Numbered from the stretch's first letter, positions 1 to 10,069 are shown. The stretch: DNA of 64,000 nucleotides from an uncultured Candidatus Binatia bacterium (GCA_965213675.1 OZ243916.1:3008001-3072000), one strand, 5' to 3'. Notes: a model not told the origin generated them from the sequence alone. Program-made: numbers and translations.

Positions 1-147
1 GAACGACGGCACCAGCAGGTACATGCTGATGCGGGCGAGGGTCTCCAGGCTCAACGACTGGTAGCGCTGCAGCAGCGTGCCGAAGCCCACCATGAGCAGC
101 AGCGGCAGCAGGATGTTGTAGAGGATCTGGCCGGTGTGGTGCAGCAT
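1..147 (-). CDS. AEC-family transporter, N-terminal part (runs off window start)
   Basis: Manual translation from ATG at 147: MLHHTGQILYNILLPLLLMVGFGTLLQRYQSLSLETLARISMYLLVPSF, a hydrophobic AEC-like N-terminus. Confidence 0.6.
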   Translation of the reverse strand, partial: MLHHTGQILYNILLPLLLMVGFGTLLQRYQSLSLETLARISMYLLVPSF

Positions 148-501
148 GATGGGTCGTACTATCCACCAGCGTCCCGGACCGCGACATGGTGTCGCATTTC
201 GAGAATACGTTGACTCATGCGCGGAGGACTTGTTTTCGGCAAGGCTTCCTTCGACTTCGCTTTGCGAAGCCCAGGACAGGCTTGTCGAAGGGTTCAGGAC
301 GAGCAGTGGCGGGCAACACGCGAGGAAGACGCCGACGCTTCGGGGATTCCCGCGTGAACGGGTCCCCGAAGCCGGTTGGTGAAAGGGTCCAGGACTCGGG
401 ACGGGTCTGTGTCCGGGGCCTGTATCGACGGGCAGCGCGGTGCGGACTCAGGCGGGTTCGACACCCGCCCCTGCATCCGCGGCGTCCCTCGGCGTGGACT
501 C

Positions 502-990
502 CTACCCCGCGGACTCGGCAAAGAACTTGCCGGGCATCTCGATGGGCGTCAGGGTCTTGTTCTCGACGGAATCGGAGGGCAGCGGCTTGCCGTCCGGGCG
601 GAGGCGCGCGTCGTCACCGCGCTGGGGCTTGGCGTCGATGCCGCAGCCGATGCGCAGGACCACGAGGTTGTCGTCGCCGGTATTGAGATAGCGGTAGTAC
701 GCGCCCTTGGGGATCATCACGCCCTGGTACTTGTCGATGGTCAGTTCGTTGCCCTTCTCGTCGAACACCGACATCTGGCCTTCCAGCACCACGAACGAAT
801 GGTCCTCGTCCAGGTGGCAGTGGACCGCGTTCTCGCCCCCCTCGGAATTGATCTTGGTGTGGATCCACATGTTGTCGGTCTTGGCCACGAGCTGCGTGAC
901 CCGGCCCTGTTGCATGTAGGGGGTCTTGAGCGAATACCTGTAAGCCCTGGGCCTTTCCTCGACTTCCTGCTTCTCGGCGACTGCTTCCAT
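502..990 (-). CDS. Cupin domain protein
   Basis: GGENAVHCHLDEDHSFVVLEG and IPKGAYY cupin motifs; GGAG RBS upstream. Confidence 0.8.
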   Translation of the reverse strand: MEAVAEKQEVEERPRAYRYSLKTPYMQQGRVTQLVAKTDNMWIHTKINSEGGENAVHCHLDEDHSFVVLEGQMSVFDEKGNELTIDKYQGVMIPKGAYYRYLNTGDDNLVVLRIGCGIDAKPQRGDDARLRPDGKPLPSDSVENKTLTPIEMPGKFFAESAG

Positions 991-1069
991 GGTGAACTCC
1001 TTTCCGAACGTTTCGTGTTCTTTCCGTCAATGAGGATGGCCCGCACGCGCGGGTCCTGCGCCTGTTCCC

Positions 1070-2131
1070 TCAGGCGTTGACGCCCTCCAGCTTGAGGTCG
1101 TAGAGCTTCAGCACGTTCTCGCGCACCACCTTGCGGAAGATGTCCGCAGGCAGGTGCCCCAGCTCGTCGGTGATGACTTGGCGCGAATGCGGCCAGGTGG
1201 ACGCCGCGTGCGGGTAGTCGTTGGACCACATGCAGGTCTCGCTGCCCCACCAGTCCAGCAGCCGGCCGCCGGTGGGGTCGCTGAAGAAGGTGGCGTAGAA
1301 CTGCTCGTTGCAGTACTCGCTGGGAAGCTTCTTCATGTGCGGCAGCGGCGCCTTGGTGGCGTGGCGCTTGAAGTACTTGTCCCACTCGTGGAGGTAGAAC
1401 GGGATCCATGAGATCTCGTTCTCCACGTACACGAACTTGAGGTCCGGATAGTTGGACATGGGGCCGCCGAAGACCAGCTCGAACAGGGTGTTGGCGGCGT
1501 CCGCCAGCTTCTGGTTGACGGTCATGCGGTAGACGTCCAGGCCTTCCCTGTCGTACCGGCTGTAGTTGAACCCCGTCAGGATGTGCAGGTTGACGGGCAT
1601 CTTGAGGTCCTGCGCGGCCTCCCAGAACGGGTTGTAGTGGTCACTGGTGAAGGGAAGGTGATCCGGCGGCACCTGCCAGATGAGGCAGCCCACGAGCCCG
1701 GCCTTCTTGCAGCGCTCCAGTTCCTTGATGGCATTGTCGATGTTGTAGAGCGAGATCGACGGCACGCCCACGAGCTTGTGGGGGTGCACCTTGCAGTAGT
1801 CGATGAGCCAGTCGTTTGCGAGCTCGAAGCAGGCTTCCTGAAGCTCCGCGTCCTCCAGGGCGAACAGGCGGAGGCCCAGGGTCGGGTACAGCACCTCGGC
1901 GGATACTCCGTCCACTGCCATCTCCTCGACCCGCGCCTTGGGATCGTGGCCGCCCGGCTTCTCGCCGATGGCGTTGCGCGGCGGGAACTCGGGATAGCGC
2001 CCCTTGAAGCTCTCCGGCAGATTGTTCACCCACAGGTCCGTGGGCTCCATGATGTGGGAGTCCGCGGAAACGATGATTTCGCTGGCCAGGTCCAGGTCTG
2101 TGTTTGTGTCGGTCGGCATGCTTACGCTCAA
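1070..2131 (-). CDS. Amidohydrolase_2 family protein
   Basis: SADSH, LYPT, VNLH and WSNDYPH motifs; TTG start preceded by GAGGAG (alternative ATG at 2119). Confidence 0.85.
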   Translation of the reverse strand: MSVSMPTDTNTDLDLASEIIVSADSHIMEPTDLWVNNLPESFKGRYPEFPPRNAIGEKPGGHDPKARVEEMAVDGVSAEVLYPTLGLRLFALEDAELQEACFELANDWLIDYCKVHPHKLVGVPSISLYNIDNAIKELERCKKAGLVGCLIWQVPPDHLPFTSDHYNPFWEAAQDLKMPVNLHILTGFNYSRYDREGLDVYRMTVNQKLADAANTLFELVFGGPMSNYPDLKFVYVENEISWIPFYLHEWDKYFKRHATKAPLPHMKKLPSEYCNEQFYATFFSDPTGGRLLDWWGSETCMWSNDYPHAASTWPHSRQVITDELGHLPADIFRKVVRENVLKLYDLKLEGVNA

Positions 2132-2471
2132 GGTTCGATCCTCCTCGTTCTATTGTTTTTCAGGTTCTTCTTATGCCTTTTCGGGCCGTCTTGTCCACCA
2201 CAGGACACGACCCTCGACCAGCGCGCCCTGCCGCGCCCGCCGCCGCGATTCCGAGCCTGCCACGGAGTCTCCGGCCCATCACCTGTCTCAGGTTCACCAC
2301 CGCGTGATCCCGGCTCCACCACCCCTCCCGGACCTGACCGGGGATCCCGAGGCGCGAACGGTGTCCCGCGTCCTATCTTGCGCCAATGCATTCCAGGCGC
2401 GCGTTGTGTTATGAAACCCTCGGTGCGGTGGCGCGAGGCTCCACCGCGGAATCCATCCCCGGAGGCAACCC

Positions 2472-3425
2472 ATGACGACCCTGATCACCGGCGCCGGACT
2501 GGTGGGCTCTCAGATCGCGCGCATCCTCGTGCAGCAGGGCGAGAAGCCGGTGCTGTTCGATATCGCACCCAACCTGACGGCGCTGGCCGACGTGGTGGAC
2601 GTGGGCAGCGTGTCGTTGTTTCGCGGCGACCTGCTGAATCCCTTCGACCTCGGCAAGGTCATCAACGAGCACAGCGTCACCCGCATCGTGCACACCGCCG
2701 CATATCCCAACCTCGGCACCGGCGCCCAGGAGAACCCCTACGGCGCCATTCAGGTGAATATCATGGGCACGGCCAACGTGCTGGAGGCGGCGCGGCTCCA
2801 CGGCGCCGAGCGGGTGGTGATGATCAGCACCGCCGCGGTGGCCCGGGGCGTAGCCGGCGGCGAGGACAACGGCGACCGCAGCAAGGAGGAAGCGCTGCCG
2901 CGGCCCAACTCCTTCTACTCCGCCACCAAGTGGGCGGGCGAGAACCTGGGCTACAACTACGCCCGCTCCCACGGCGTGGACTTCCGCGCCGTGCGTTTCC
3001 CGAACGTGTGCGGCCCCTGGATACCCGGCGGCGGCGGCCGCCCCAGCGCCATGTTCCGCACCTTGGTGGAGAAGTCCGTGGACGGCGTCGAACACACCAT
3101 ACCGCCCGGCACCATGGAGTGGCTCTACTCCAAGGACGCCGCCCGGGGCGTGGTCCTGGCCCTTGAGACTGAAGGCGTCAAGAGCCGCGTCTTCAACCTG
3201 AGCGTCGGTAAGCCCTACGACAACCAGGAGCTTATCGACATCTTCAAGCAGGTGGTCCCCGGCGCCCGGCTCGGCATCGACCAGAGCGCCGCCACTTCGC
3301 AGACCTCCTCGGTCTTCCTGGACATCACCCGCGCCCGGACCGAGTTGGGCTTCGACGCCGAGTACGACATCCCCGCGGCTGTGACGGACTTCGTGGGATG
3401 GTATCGGCGGCTCAAGGCGCGATGA
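2472..3425 (+). CDS. NAD-dependent epimerase/dehydratase (extended SDR)
   Basis: TGAGLVG Rossmann motif, YSATK catalytic motif, GGAGG RBS. Confidence 0.85.
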   Translation: MTTLITGAGLVGSQIARILVQQGEKPVLFDIAPNLTALADVVDVGSVSLFRGDLLNPFDLGKVINEHSVTRIVHTAAYPNLGTGAQENPYGAIQVNIMGTANVLEAARLHGAERVVMISTAAVARGVAGGEDNGDRSKEEALPRPNSFYSATKWAGENLGYNYARSHGVDFRAVRFPNVCGPWIPGGGGRPSAMFRTLVEKSVDGVEHTIPPGTMEWLYSKDAARGVVLALETEGVKSRVFNLSVGKPYDNQELIDIFKQVVPGARLGIDQSAATSQTSSVFLDITRARTELGFDAEYDIPAAVTDFVGWYRRLKAR

Positions 3426-3497
3426 TCCACACGGGCTGGTTTCATGCGCCTTCGCCGAAGGATCGGGTGATCACTGGGTGACAAAGAGGACAATGCC

Positions 3498-4373
3498 ATG
3501 ACCGATACCCCTGAGTACGTCCCTCCCAAAGTCTGGACCTGGGAACGCGAGAACGGCGGCCGGTTCGCCAACATCAACCGGCCTGTTTCCGGCGCGACCC
3601 ATGAGAAGGAGCTGCCACGCGGCAAGCACCCGTTGCAGATCTACTCGCTGGGCACCCCCAACGGGGTGAAGGTGACCATCATGCTGGAGGAGCTGCTGGC
3701 GGCCGGGCACGGCGGCGCGGAGTACGATGCCTGGCTCATCAACATCCGCGAGGGCGACCAGTTCGGCTCCGGGTTCGTGGCCATCAATCCCAACTCCAAG
3801 ATCCCGGCGCTGGTGGACTACTCCATGCCCGCGCCCACACGGGTGTTCGAGTCGGGTTCGATCCTTCTCTACCTGGCCGACAAGTTCGGCGCCTTCGTCC
3901 CGGGGGACCCGTCGGAGCGTGCCGAGTGCCTGTCATGGCTGTTCTGGCAGATGGGCTCCGCCCCCTATCTCGGCGGCGGCTTCGGCCACTTCTACGCCTA
4001 CGCCCCCTCCAAGATGGAGTATCCCATCGATCGTTTCACCATGGAGGTGAAGCGCCAGCTCGACGTCCTGGACAAGCGCCTGGCCGACAACCGCTACGCC
4101 GCGGGCGACGTCTACACCATCGCCGACATGGCCATCTGGCCCTGGTACGGCATCCTCACCACCGGCAGCCTCTACGGCGCCGCCGAGTTTCTGGACATCC
4201 AGACCTACACCCACGTCCTGCGCTGGTTCGACGAAGTCGCGGCGCGCGAGGCGGTGAAGCGCGGACGGATCGTCAACAAGTCCTCCGGCCCGCTCGATCA
4301 GCAGCTCCGCGAGCGCCACGACGCGTCGGACTTTGAGTTGAGGACGCAGGACAAGCTCGAGGCGGCGGAGTAG
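3498..4373 (+). CDS. yghU: Glutathione-dependent disulfide-bond oxidoreductase (GST Nu class)
   Basis: YVPPKVWTW, YSLGTPNGVKV, NPNSKIPAL and RERHDASDF are typical of YghU. Confidence 0.9.
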   Translation: MTDTPEYVPPKVWTWERENGGRFANINRPVSGATHEKELPRGKHPLQIYSLGTPNGVKVTIMLEELLAAGHGGAEYDAWLINIREGDQFGSGFVAINPNSKIPALVDYSMPAPTRVFESGSILLYLADKFGAFVPGDPSERAECLSWLFWQMGSAPYLGGGFGHFYAYAPSKMEYPIDRFTMEVKRQLDVLDKRLADNRYAAGDVYTIADMAIWPWYGILTTGSLYGAAEFLDIQTYTHVLRWFDEVAAREAVKRGRIVNKSSGPLDQQLRERHDASDFELRTQDKLEAAE

Positions 4374-4534
4374 CCCACCCTCTGGACACCGAGGCAAAGC
4401 GAGAACTGGCGGGCGTCGTATGCCCCGGTGACGACACGCACCGGGAATCGGCCGTCACTTGGCGCCGGCTATTCGCCGTATTCTGGCGCATCGGGATCCT
4501 TTCCTTTGGCGGCCCGGCGGCGCAGATCGCGCTC

Positions 4535-5725
4535 ATGCACCGGGTCCTGGTGGAAGAGGAAGGGTGGCTCGACGAGCCCAGGTTCCTGGGCGCGCTCAGC
4601 TTCTGCATGCTGCTGCCCGGCCCCGAGGCCATGCAACTCGCCACCTACTCGGGGTGGCAGCTTCGGGGCGTGCCCGGCGGGTTGGTGGCAGGCCTCCTGT
4701 TCGTGGTTCCGGGCGCCCTGGTGGTGCTCGGGTTGGCGATGCTCTACGCGGTCGGGGGCGATCTGCCGCTGGTGGCCGCGCTGTTCCTGGGGATCAAGGG
4801 CGCGGTCCTGGTCATCGTGATCGAGGCCTTGCTGAGGGTGGCGAACCGAGCACTGCATTCGGCCGTGCACTGGATCGTCGCGGGCTTGGCCTTCGTCGGA
4901 ATCTTCTTTCTGTCGGTCCCGTTCCCCGTCATTATCTTGATAGCCGCCCTGGTCGGATTTCTCCTGCTGGGCGGCCAGGGCACCACAGAGACCGCGGCCG
5001 GACGGGGTGGCGGATCGGTGTCCGGCACGGCGCGGACGGTGGCTTTTTGGATGGCTGTCTGGTGGACGCCGGTGCTGCTACTGATGGCCTTGGGCGGCTA
5101 CGATATCCTGGTCCAGATCGGCAACTTCTTCTCCCGTCTCGCGGTGGTCACCTTCGGCGGCGCCTACGCCGTGCTGGCCTACCTGGCGCAGGACGTGGTG
5201 ACCCATAAGGGCTGGTTGACGGCCGGTGAGATGATGGACGGTCTGGGGTTGGCGGAAACCACCCCGGGGCCGCTGATCCTGGTGACGGAGTTCGTCGGTT
5301 ACATCGCGGCATACCGGGCCGGCGGGTTGAGCATGGGAATCGCCGGAGCCCTGGTCACGCTATGGGTGACGTTCGCGCCCTGTTTTCTGTGGATATTCGC
5401 CGGCGCGCCCTACATCGAGCAGCTCACGGCCCAGCCCCGGCTCAAGGGCGCCCTGGAGGCCATCACCGCGGCGGTGGTGGGCGTCATGCTCAACCTTTCC
5501 ATTTGGTTCAGCCTGCATGTCCTGTTCGCTGAGCTGTCGTCGCACCAGAGCGGCCCGGTCAAGCTCCTGGTGCCGGACTGGTATTCCCTGGACTGGCGGG
5601 TTGTGGCGGTGGGCGCCGTGAGCGCGATCATGCTCCTCTGGCGGCACCAGTCCCTCATGAGAACCCTGGCCGTCGCGGCGCTGATGGGTATGGGGTTCGG
5701 CGCGATGGGTTACCTTGAGGGATGA
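4535..5725 (+). CDS. chrA: Chromate efflux transporter (long-chain CHR); true start lies upstream
   Basis: LLPGPEAMQLA, TFGGAYAVL and AETTPGP motifs; conserved FWRIGILSFGGPAAQIAL is in frame upstream of ATG 4535. Confidence 0.85.
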   Translation: MHRVLVEEEGWLDEPRFLGALSFCMLLPGPEAMQLATYSGWQLRGVPGGLVAGLLFVVPGALVVLGLAMLYAVGGDLPLVAALFLGIKGAVLVIVIEALLRVANRALHSAVHWIVAGLAFVGIFFLSVPFPVIILIAALVGFLLLGGQGTTETAAGRGGGSVSGTARTVAFWMAVWWTPVLLLMALGGYDILVQIGNFFSRLAVVTFGGAYAVLAYLAQDVVTHKGWLTAGEMMDGLGLAETTPGPLILVTEFVGYIAAYRAGGLSMGIAGALVTLWVTFAPCFLWIFAGAPYIEQLTAQPRLKGALEAITAAVVGVMLNLSIWFSLHVLFAELSSHQSGPVKLLVPDWYSLDWRVVAVGAVSAIMLLWRHQSLMRTLAVAALMGMGFGAMGYLEG

Positions 5726-5818
5726 CGGGATGCGAGGAGCTTGCGCCGCAGGAATTGGCGAAAGCGAAAATCCGTTATCGCCAATGCTCGAGATGGGAGA
5801 ACGCTTTCTCGTCAACCC

Positions 5819-6850
5819 TCACAGGTTGTACAGTGCCCGCGCGTTCCCGCCGCAGATCTTGGCTTTGACCTCCGGGCTGAGCCTCGGGTCGTTGGCGACG
5901 CCGTCGATGGCCAGAAGCTCGGTGGCGCTGTCGGCGTGGCCGTAGTCGGTGCCCACCACCAAGTGGTCCTCGCCGGCGTTGTCGATGACGTAGGGAAGGT
6001 CGTCGGTGGTCTCGCAGCCGACCCATATCCGGTTCCTTGCCAGCAATTCGTTCCGGTGGCACCCCTGCTCCTTTACGTAGGGACGCTTGAACAGGTCGGT
6101 CAGGGCGTAGGGCAGCCACTGTGAGCTGACCTCCAGGAACGCCATCTTGAGTTGCGGGAATCGTTCGGGGATTCCACCCGCGACGATGGTGTGGAACGCC
6201 CCCACCACCACCAGCTTGAACTTCGAGAAGGCCACGGGCTCGTACTTGTAGTAGTCGAACAGGACGGAACTGCCGTTGGATGCGTGGATGCACACCGGCA
6301 TGTCCAGCCGGCCGCCGGCGTCGTACACTGGATAGAAAAAGGGATCGTTCAGCAGACGGTCGCCCTCCGAGCCGCGCATGTAGATGCCCACCGCGCCGTT
6401 CTCCTTGGCCAGCCGGGCTTCCTCGTATACCTGTTCCGGGCTGAGAAGCGGCGCCATGGCCACCCAGCGCAAGCGGTTGTCCGACTGTTTCCAGCACTCG
6501 CCCATCCAGCGGTTGTAGCTGCGGCACAACGCCAGCTCGATCTCCGGCCGGGGCGTGAGCGGGATTATGAAGATGGTGGGAAAGATCACCTGGACGTCCA
6601 CCCTGAGATCGTCCATGTGCCTGAGCCGCGCGGCCACGTCGCGCAGTTCGCGGGACTCCAGCGGCGTGTCCTTGCCCACGTTGCGGGTCTTGAGCCGCAG
6701 GGTTCCGTCCACCAGCCAGTACTCGTCCCCGGAGCCCGAGCCGTTGGTGGAGCCGACGACCTCGGGCCGGAACTTCCGGTCGGCGCCGTCCATGAATGCC
6801 CAGGTTTCCTCGGTCTCGAGGACGTGAGCGTCTGCGTCGATTCTGAGCAT
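5819..6850 (-). CDS. Amidohydrolase_2 family protein
   Basis: IDADAH, VIFPT, VCIH and GTDYGHAD motifs. Confidence 0.85.
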   Translation of the reverse strand: MLRIDADAHVLETEETWAFMDGADRKFRPEVVGSTNGSGSGDEYWLVDGTLRLKTRNVGKDTPLESRELRDVAARLRHMDDLRVDVQVIFPTIFIIPLTPRPEIELALCRSYNRWMGECWKQSDNRLRWVAMAPLLSPEQVYEEARLAKENGAVGIYMRGSEGDRLLNDPFFYPVYDAGGRLDMPVCIHASNGSSVLFDYYKYEPVAFSKFKLVVVGAFHTIVAGGIPERFPQLKMAFLEVSSQWLPYALTDLFKRPYVKEQGCHRNELLARNRIWVGCETTDDLPYVIDNAGEDHLVVGTDYGHADSATELLAIDGVANDPRLSPEVKAKICGGNARALYNL

Positions 6851-7049
6851 TTCGGTTCCCTCCCCCAGTGGGATTGCATTGACACAGGCCGGTCGCCGGA
6901 CTGATATCCGTGTCGTCTATCCGAAGTCCGGGAATGAATCAATGGGGACGGTCTCGGTTTGGTCTCTCCGCAGGCAAGCCGCGGCGGTCGCTCCCACTTG
7001 GCCCAATGCTCCTGTGGCGGGTGCAGGAAAAAGGACCGCCCCATGCTGT

Positions 7050-7475
7050 TCAGATGCTGAGGACAAACTCGTGAGCCTTGGTCATTTCAAAATCGCATTT
7101 GCACAGCACGTCTCGTCCAAGCAGCGCGTCAACAGCGGAGGTTGTCGCCAGTTCGACAAGGCGGATTTCCGAGGCAAGGTAACTCTGACCGTGGGGTTGC
7201 TCGAAGTACAACACGACGTCACCGTCATACCAATTCGTAGGTTGAGTCCCATGGATGGATTGGGTTGGCCATTTTCCCCGGATAGGCAAACCCACGCGCT
7301 CCGCAATCGTTGCCTTGATGCTGGTTCTGGAAGCACCTGTGTCCAACAGAGCCTTGACCCTGACGATATTGGGAACAGGTCCCGTCTGTCGAGATAGGAA
7401 GGAATTGGGCTTGGCTATCCCGATCCCTACGATGATACCGGTGAGCGGATCGAAGCTCCCCCTAAGGGACGACAT
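7050..7475 (-). CDS. Retropepsin-like (clan AA) aspartic protease
   Basis: ALLDTGASRTSI catalytic motif and C-terminal LLGRDVL; ATG 7475 overlaps the 3' end of the upstream gene. Confidence 0.8.
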   Translation of the reverse strand: MSSLRGSFDPLTGIIVGIGIAKPNSFLSRQTGPVPNIVRVKALLDTGASRTSIKATIAERVGLPIRGKWPTQSIHGTQPTNWYDGDVVLYFEQPHGQSYLASEIRLVELATTSAVDALLGRDVLCKCDFEMTKAHEFVLSI

Positions 7476-7743
7476 GCGAGAACCATCCAAGATCTACCGC
7501 CTCACCGGTTACTTCCTGGACGGAAAACAGGCCGTCGCCAAAGGTGCGTTCACCATGCTGTGCGGCTTCTCTTGCGCTGGAGAAGAACTCAATGATCTCC
7601 TCGTCTCGTAGAAGAGCAAATTGGCCAGGATTGGTCTTGAGGAGCTCAGGGAGCCGTTTGTTGAAGGCTTCGTAATTGGCGTCTACTGTTTCCTGAATTC
7701 TGGAGCGGGTAGGACCTTCGAACTTGACCATGGCAACCTCCAT
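7462..7743 (-). CDS. Small DUF5678-like protein
   Basis: 93 aa, NYEAFNKRLPELLKTNPGQFALLRDEEII; resemblance to DUF5678 is from recall and not verified. Confidence 0.6.
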   Translation of the reverse strand: MEVAMVKFEGPTRSRIQETVDANYEAFNKRLPELLKTNPGQFALLRDEEIIEFFSSAREAAQHGERTFGDGLFSVQEVTGEAVDLGWFSHVVP

Positions 7744-8020
7744 ACGCTGGTACGTACCTCCGACGATACAGGACGTAGCTCGCCATACTCGGCGGATGCC
7801 ACCTGCCCCTTAGTACTCGGGGTATTCTTTTGAAGTCAATGGGTGGGTTGCAAGCCCTTGTTTTTATTGTGTCGAAAGCCAGTCTGGATCAGTCCTTCCC
7901 CGCAGGTTTGGTATGAAAGTTCAGCTTCCCCACTGTTCCATTCTCCTCCGTGTGCGGCACGATCTGAGGCCAGATGACGAGGCGAATCTGAATGTCAAAA
8001 ACAGACTGAGGCAGCACCCA

Positions 8021-8836
8021 TCAGCGGCCCTTCCACACCGGCGGCCGCTTCGCCACGAAGGCCCGCGGCCCTTCCTTGCTGTCGTCGGTGGTGAGCACGA
8101 GGGTGGCGAGGTCGGACTCCAGGCGCAGCGCCTGCTCCAGCGGCAGGCCCTGGCCCTTGTGGACCGACTCCTTGATGTACCGCAGGGCCAGGGGAGCGCC
8201 CTTGGCGAAGGATGCCGCCATCTCCTCGCCGGCGCCCGTCAACTCATCCACCGGCACCAGCTTGTTGACGAGTCCGATGCGGTAAGCTTCCTGAGCGTCC
8301 ACGAGCGACCCGGAAAGACACATCTCCATAGCCTTGGCCGAGCCCACGAGGCGGGCCAGCCGCTGCGTCCCGCCCGATGCCGGCATGAAGCCGAGCCGGA
8401 CCTCGGTCACCCCCATGCGGGCGTTCTCCGCGGCGATGCGGATGTCGCAGGCCATGGCGATCAACAAGCCGGCCCCGACCGCGTAGCCGTGCAGCAGCGC
8501 GATGGCAGGCTTCTGCACCAAGGCCACGGCGTCGATGGGCGAATGGACCCCCGGCGCCTGCCTGGCCTGCCGCGCTTCCAGCGGAGACGCGGCTGCCTCT
8601 GCCGCCTCGGCGTTGCGGCTGGCCCGCTCCTTGATGTCGCCGCCCACCGTGAAGGCCTTCTCGCCGGCGCCCCGGAAGAGCACCACCTGGACGTTCCGGT
8701 CCGCTTCCGCCCGGGCGCAGTATTCGATGATGAGCTGCCGCATCTCCTCGTTGATGGCGTTCAGCGCCTCCGGGCGGTTCAGGGTGATCCAGGCGGTCTG
8801 GTCCTTTACTTCGTAGAGAACCTTGTCGTCGGCCAT
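8021..8836 (-). CDS. Enoyl-CoA hydratase/isomerase (crotonase) family protein
   Basis: ITLNRPEALNA, AFTVGGDI, ACDIRIA and EGPRAFVAKRPP motifs. Confidence 0.9.
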   Translation of the reverse strand: MADDKVLYEVKDQTAWITLNRPEALNAINEEMRQLIIEYCARAEADRNVQVVLFRGAGEKAFTVGGDIKERASRNAEAAEAAASPLEARQARQAPGVHSPIDAVALVQKPAIALLHGYAVGAGLLIAMACDIRIAAENARMGVTEVRLGFMPASGGTQRLARLVGSAKAMEMCLSGSLVDAQEAYRIGLVNKLVPVDELTGAGEEMAASFAKGAPLALRYIKESVHKGQGLPLEQALRLESDLATLVLTTDDSKEGPRAFVAKRPPVWKGR

Positions 8837-8904
8837 CGGTTATGTCTCCTCTGTGTGGAGTCGTGAAGGAGTCGCCTCTCTCCTCCGTCAGTCTCATTTC
8901 TCTT

Positions 8905-8968
8905 CCGTCATTCCCGCGAAAGCTTGCCCTCGACCCCGATCGAGGGCAAGCTCTCGCGGGAATGACGG
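8905..8968. repeat. Long palindromic REP-like element (GTCATTCCCGCG...CGCGGGAATGAC family)
   Basis: Near-perfect inverted repeat CCGTCATTCCCGCGAAAGCTTGCCCTCGA...TCGAGGGCAAGCTCTCGCGGGAATGACGG. Confidence 0.75.
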
Positions 8969-9034
8969 TACGGAGCTTGGTAGCACTTCCCTGTCAGTGA
9001 CGGGATTCGATGCCTCCGCGCCAATCCCACTGGC

Positions 9035-10042
9035 TCAGACTGTGCCGCGGTCGAGCCGGTAGACCCGCGCGGCGGTGTCGTGGAACAGCGCTGTTCGTTC
9101 CGCGTCGGAGTATCCCCGTGACATGATCTTGAATGCGTTCCAGATGGGTACGTAGGAGTAGGACACCCGGTCCACCGGGAAGTTGCTTTCGAACATGCAG
9201 CGGCCGGCGCCGAACTTCTCGATGCAGTGCTCGAAGTAGGGCCGCATGGCCTCGGCCAATTCGGCGGAACCGGGCTCGGGCTCGCGCATATGCCAGTCGT
9301 AGCCGGAGCGGAGGGAACCGACACCGCCCAGCTTAAGCGCCACGTTGGGGCACGACGATAGCGCCGCGATGTCCGCGCTCCAGGCCCGGAACACCTCGTC
9401 GCGCCGTCCCTTGTAGGGGCCCAGCCCCAGAGGCCCGCCGATGTGGTCGAGGATGATGGGCACGTCCGGGAAATCCCGGGCCAGCTCCACCAACTCCGGA
9501 AGCTGCGGGTGATAGAGCCAGGCGTCGAAGCTCAGCCCCAGGCGCTGCAGGCGCGCGAAGCCCTTGCGGACCTCGGGGTCCCTGAGCAGGCCCGACCGCG
9601 CCACGCTCCGGAACGAGTCCGAGGCGTCCCACATGGTGGAATAGCGGATGCCGCGCAGCCGGGTGGGGCTGGCCTCCAGGTGCGCTTCCAGGACGGCGGC
9701 CACGGCGTCGCCAAGGGTCAGGTCGGCGTAGGCTACGATAGCGGCCGCCACGGTTGCGGGCGTACCCGTGGGCGAGCTCTCGGATGCGATGCCCTCCAGG
9801 AACTCCGTCTCGCCCACCGGCTGCAACTCCGCCGGCCCTTCTTCGCGGTACATCGCCCCGCACTCCACCGCCACACTGGAGACGATGCGATGGCCGGCCG
9901 AGGCGTCGCGCAGGAAATCGTCGAGCAGGTACGGGTTGTTGGGGCGCCGCCACAGGTGGTGGTGCGGGTCGCAGATGGGGAGGTTGGGTTCCAGCGGGGC
10001 CTCGTCGGGCGTGTCTGTTGCAGGATCGGTCAATTTCGGCAC
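9035..10042 (-). CDS. Amidohydrolase family protein (lactonase-like)
   Basis: ICDPHHHLW, IILDHIGG and RCMFESNFPVD motifs. Confidence 0.85.
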   Translation of the reverse strand: MPKLTDPATDTPDEAPLEPNLPICDPHHHLWRRPNNPYLLDDFLRDASAGHRIVSSVAVECGAMYREEGPAELQPVGETEFLEGIASESSPTGTPATVAAAIVAYADLTLGDAVAAVLEAHLEASPTRLRGIRYSTMWDASDSFRSVARSGLLRDPEVRKGFARLQRLGLSFDAWLYHPQLPELVELARDFPDVPIILDHIGGPLGLGPYKGRRDEVFRAWSADIAALSSCPNVALKLGGVGSLRSGYDWHMREPEPGSAELAEAMRPYFEHCIEKFGAGRCMFESNFPVDRVSYSYVPIWNAFKIMSRGYSDAERTALFHDTAARVYRLDRGTV

Positions 10043-10069
10043 CTCAAGTCCCGGTCACTGCTCGCTGGA

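Noticed and set aside
452-468. GCGGG-TTCGACA-CCCGC resembles a tRNA T-arm (possible selC)
   Set aside because: No matching acceptor stem, anticodon arm or CCA. It fits a REP-like GGCGGGTTT-AAACCCGCCC palindrome, with a relative near 34608.
6879-7050. TTGACA-containing promoter for a possible sRNA or antisense RNA toward the protease gene
   Set aside because: Weak -10, and no recognisable RNA structure or terminator.
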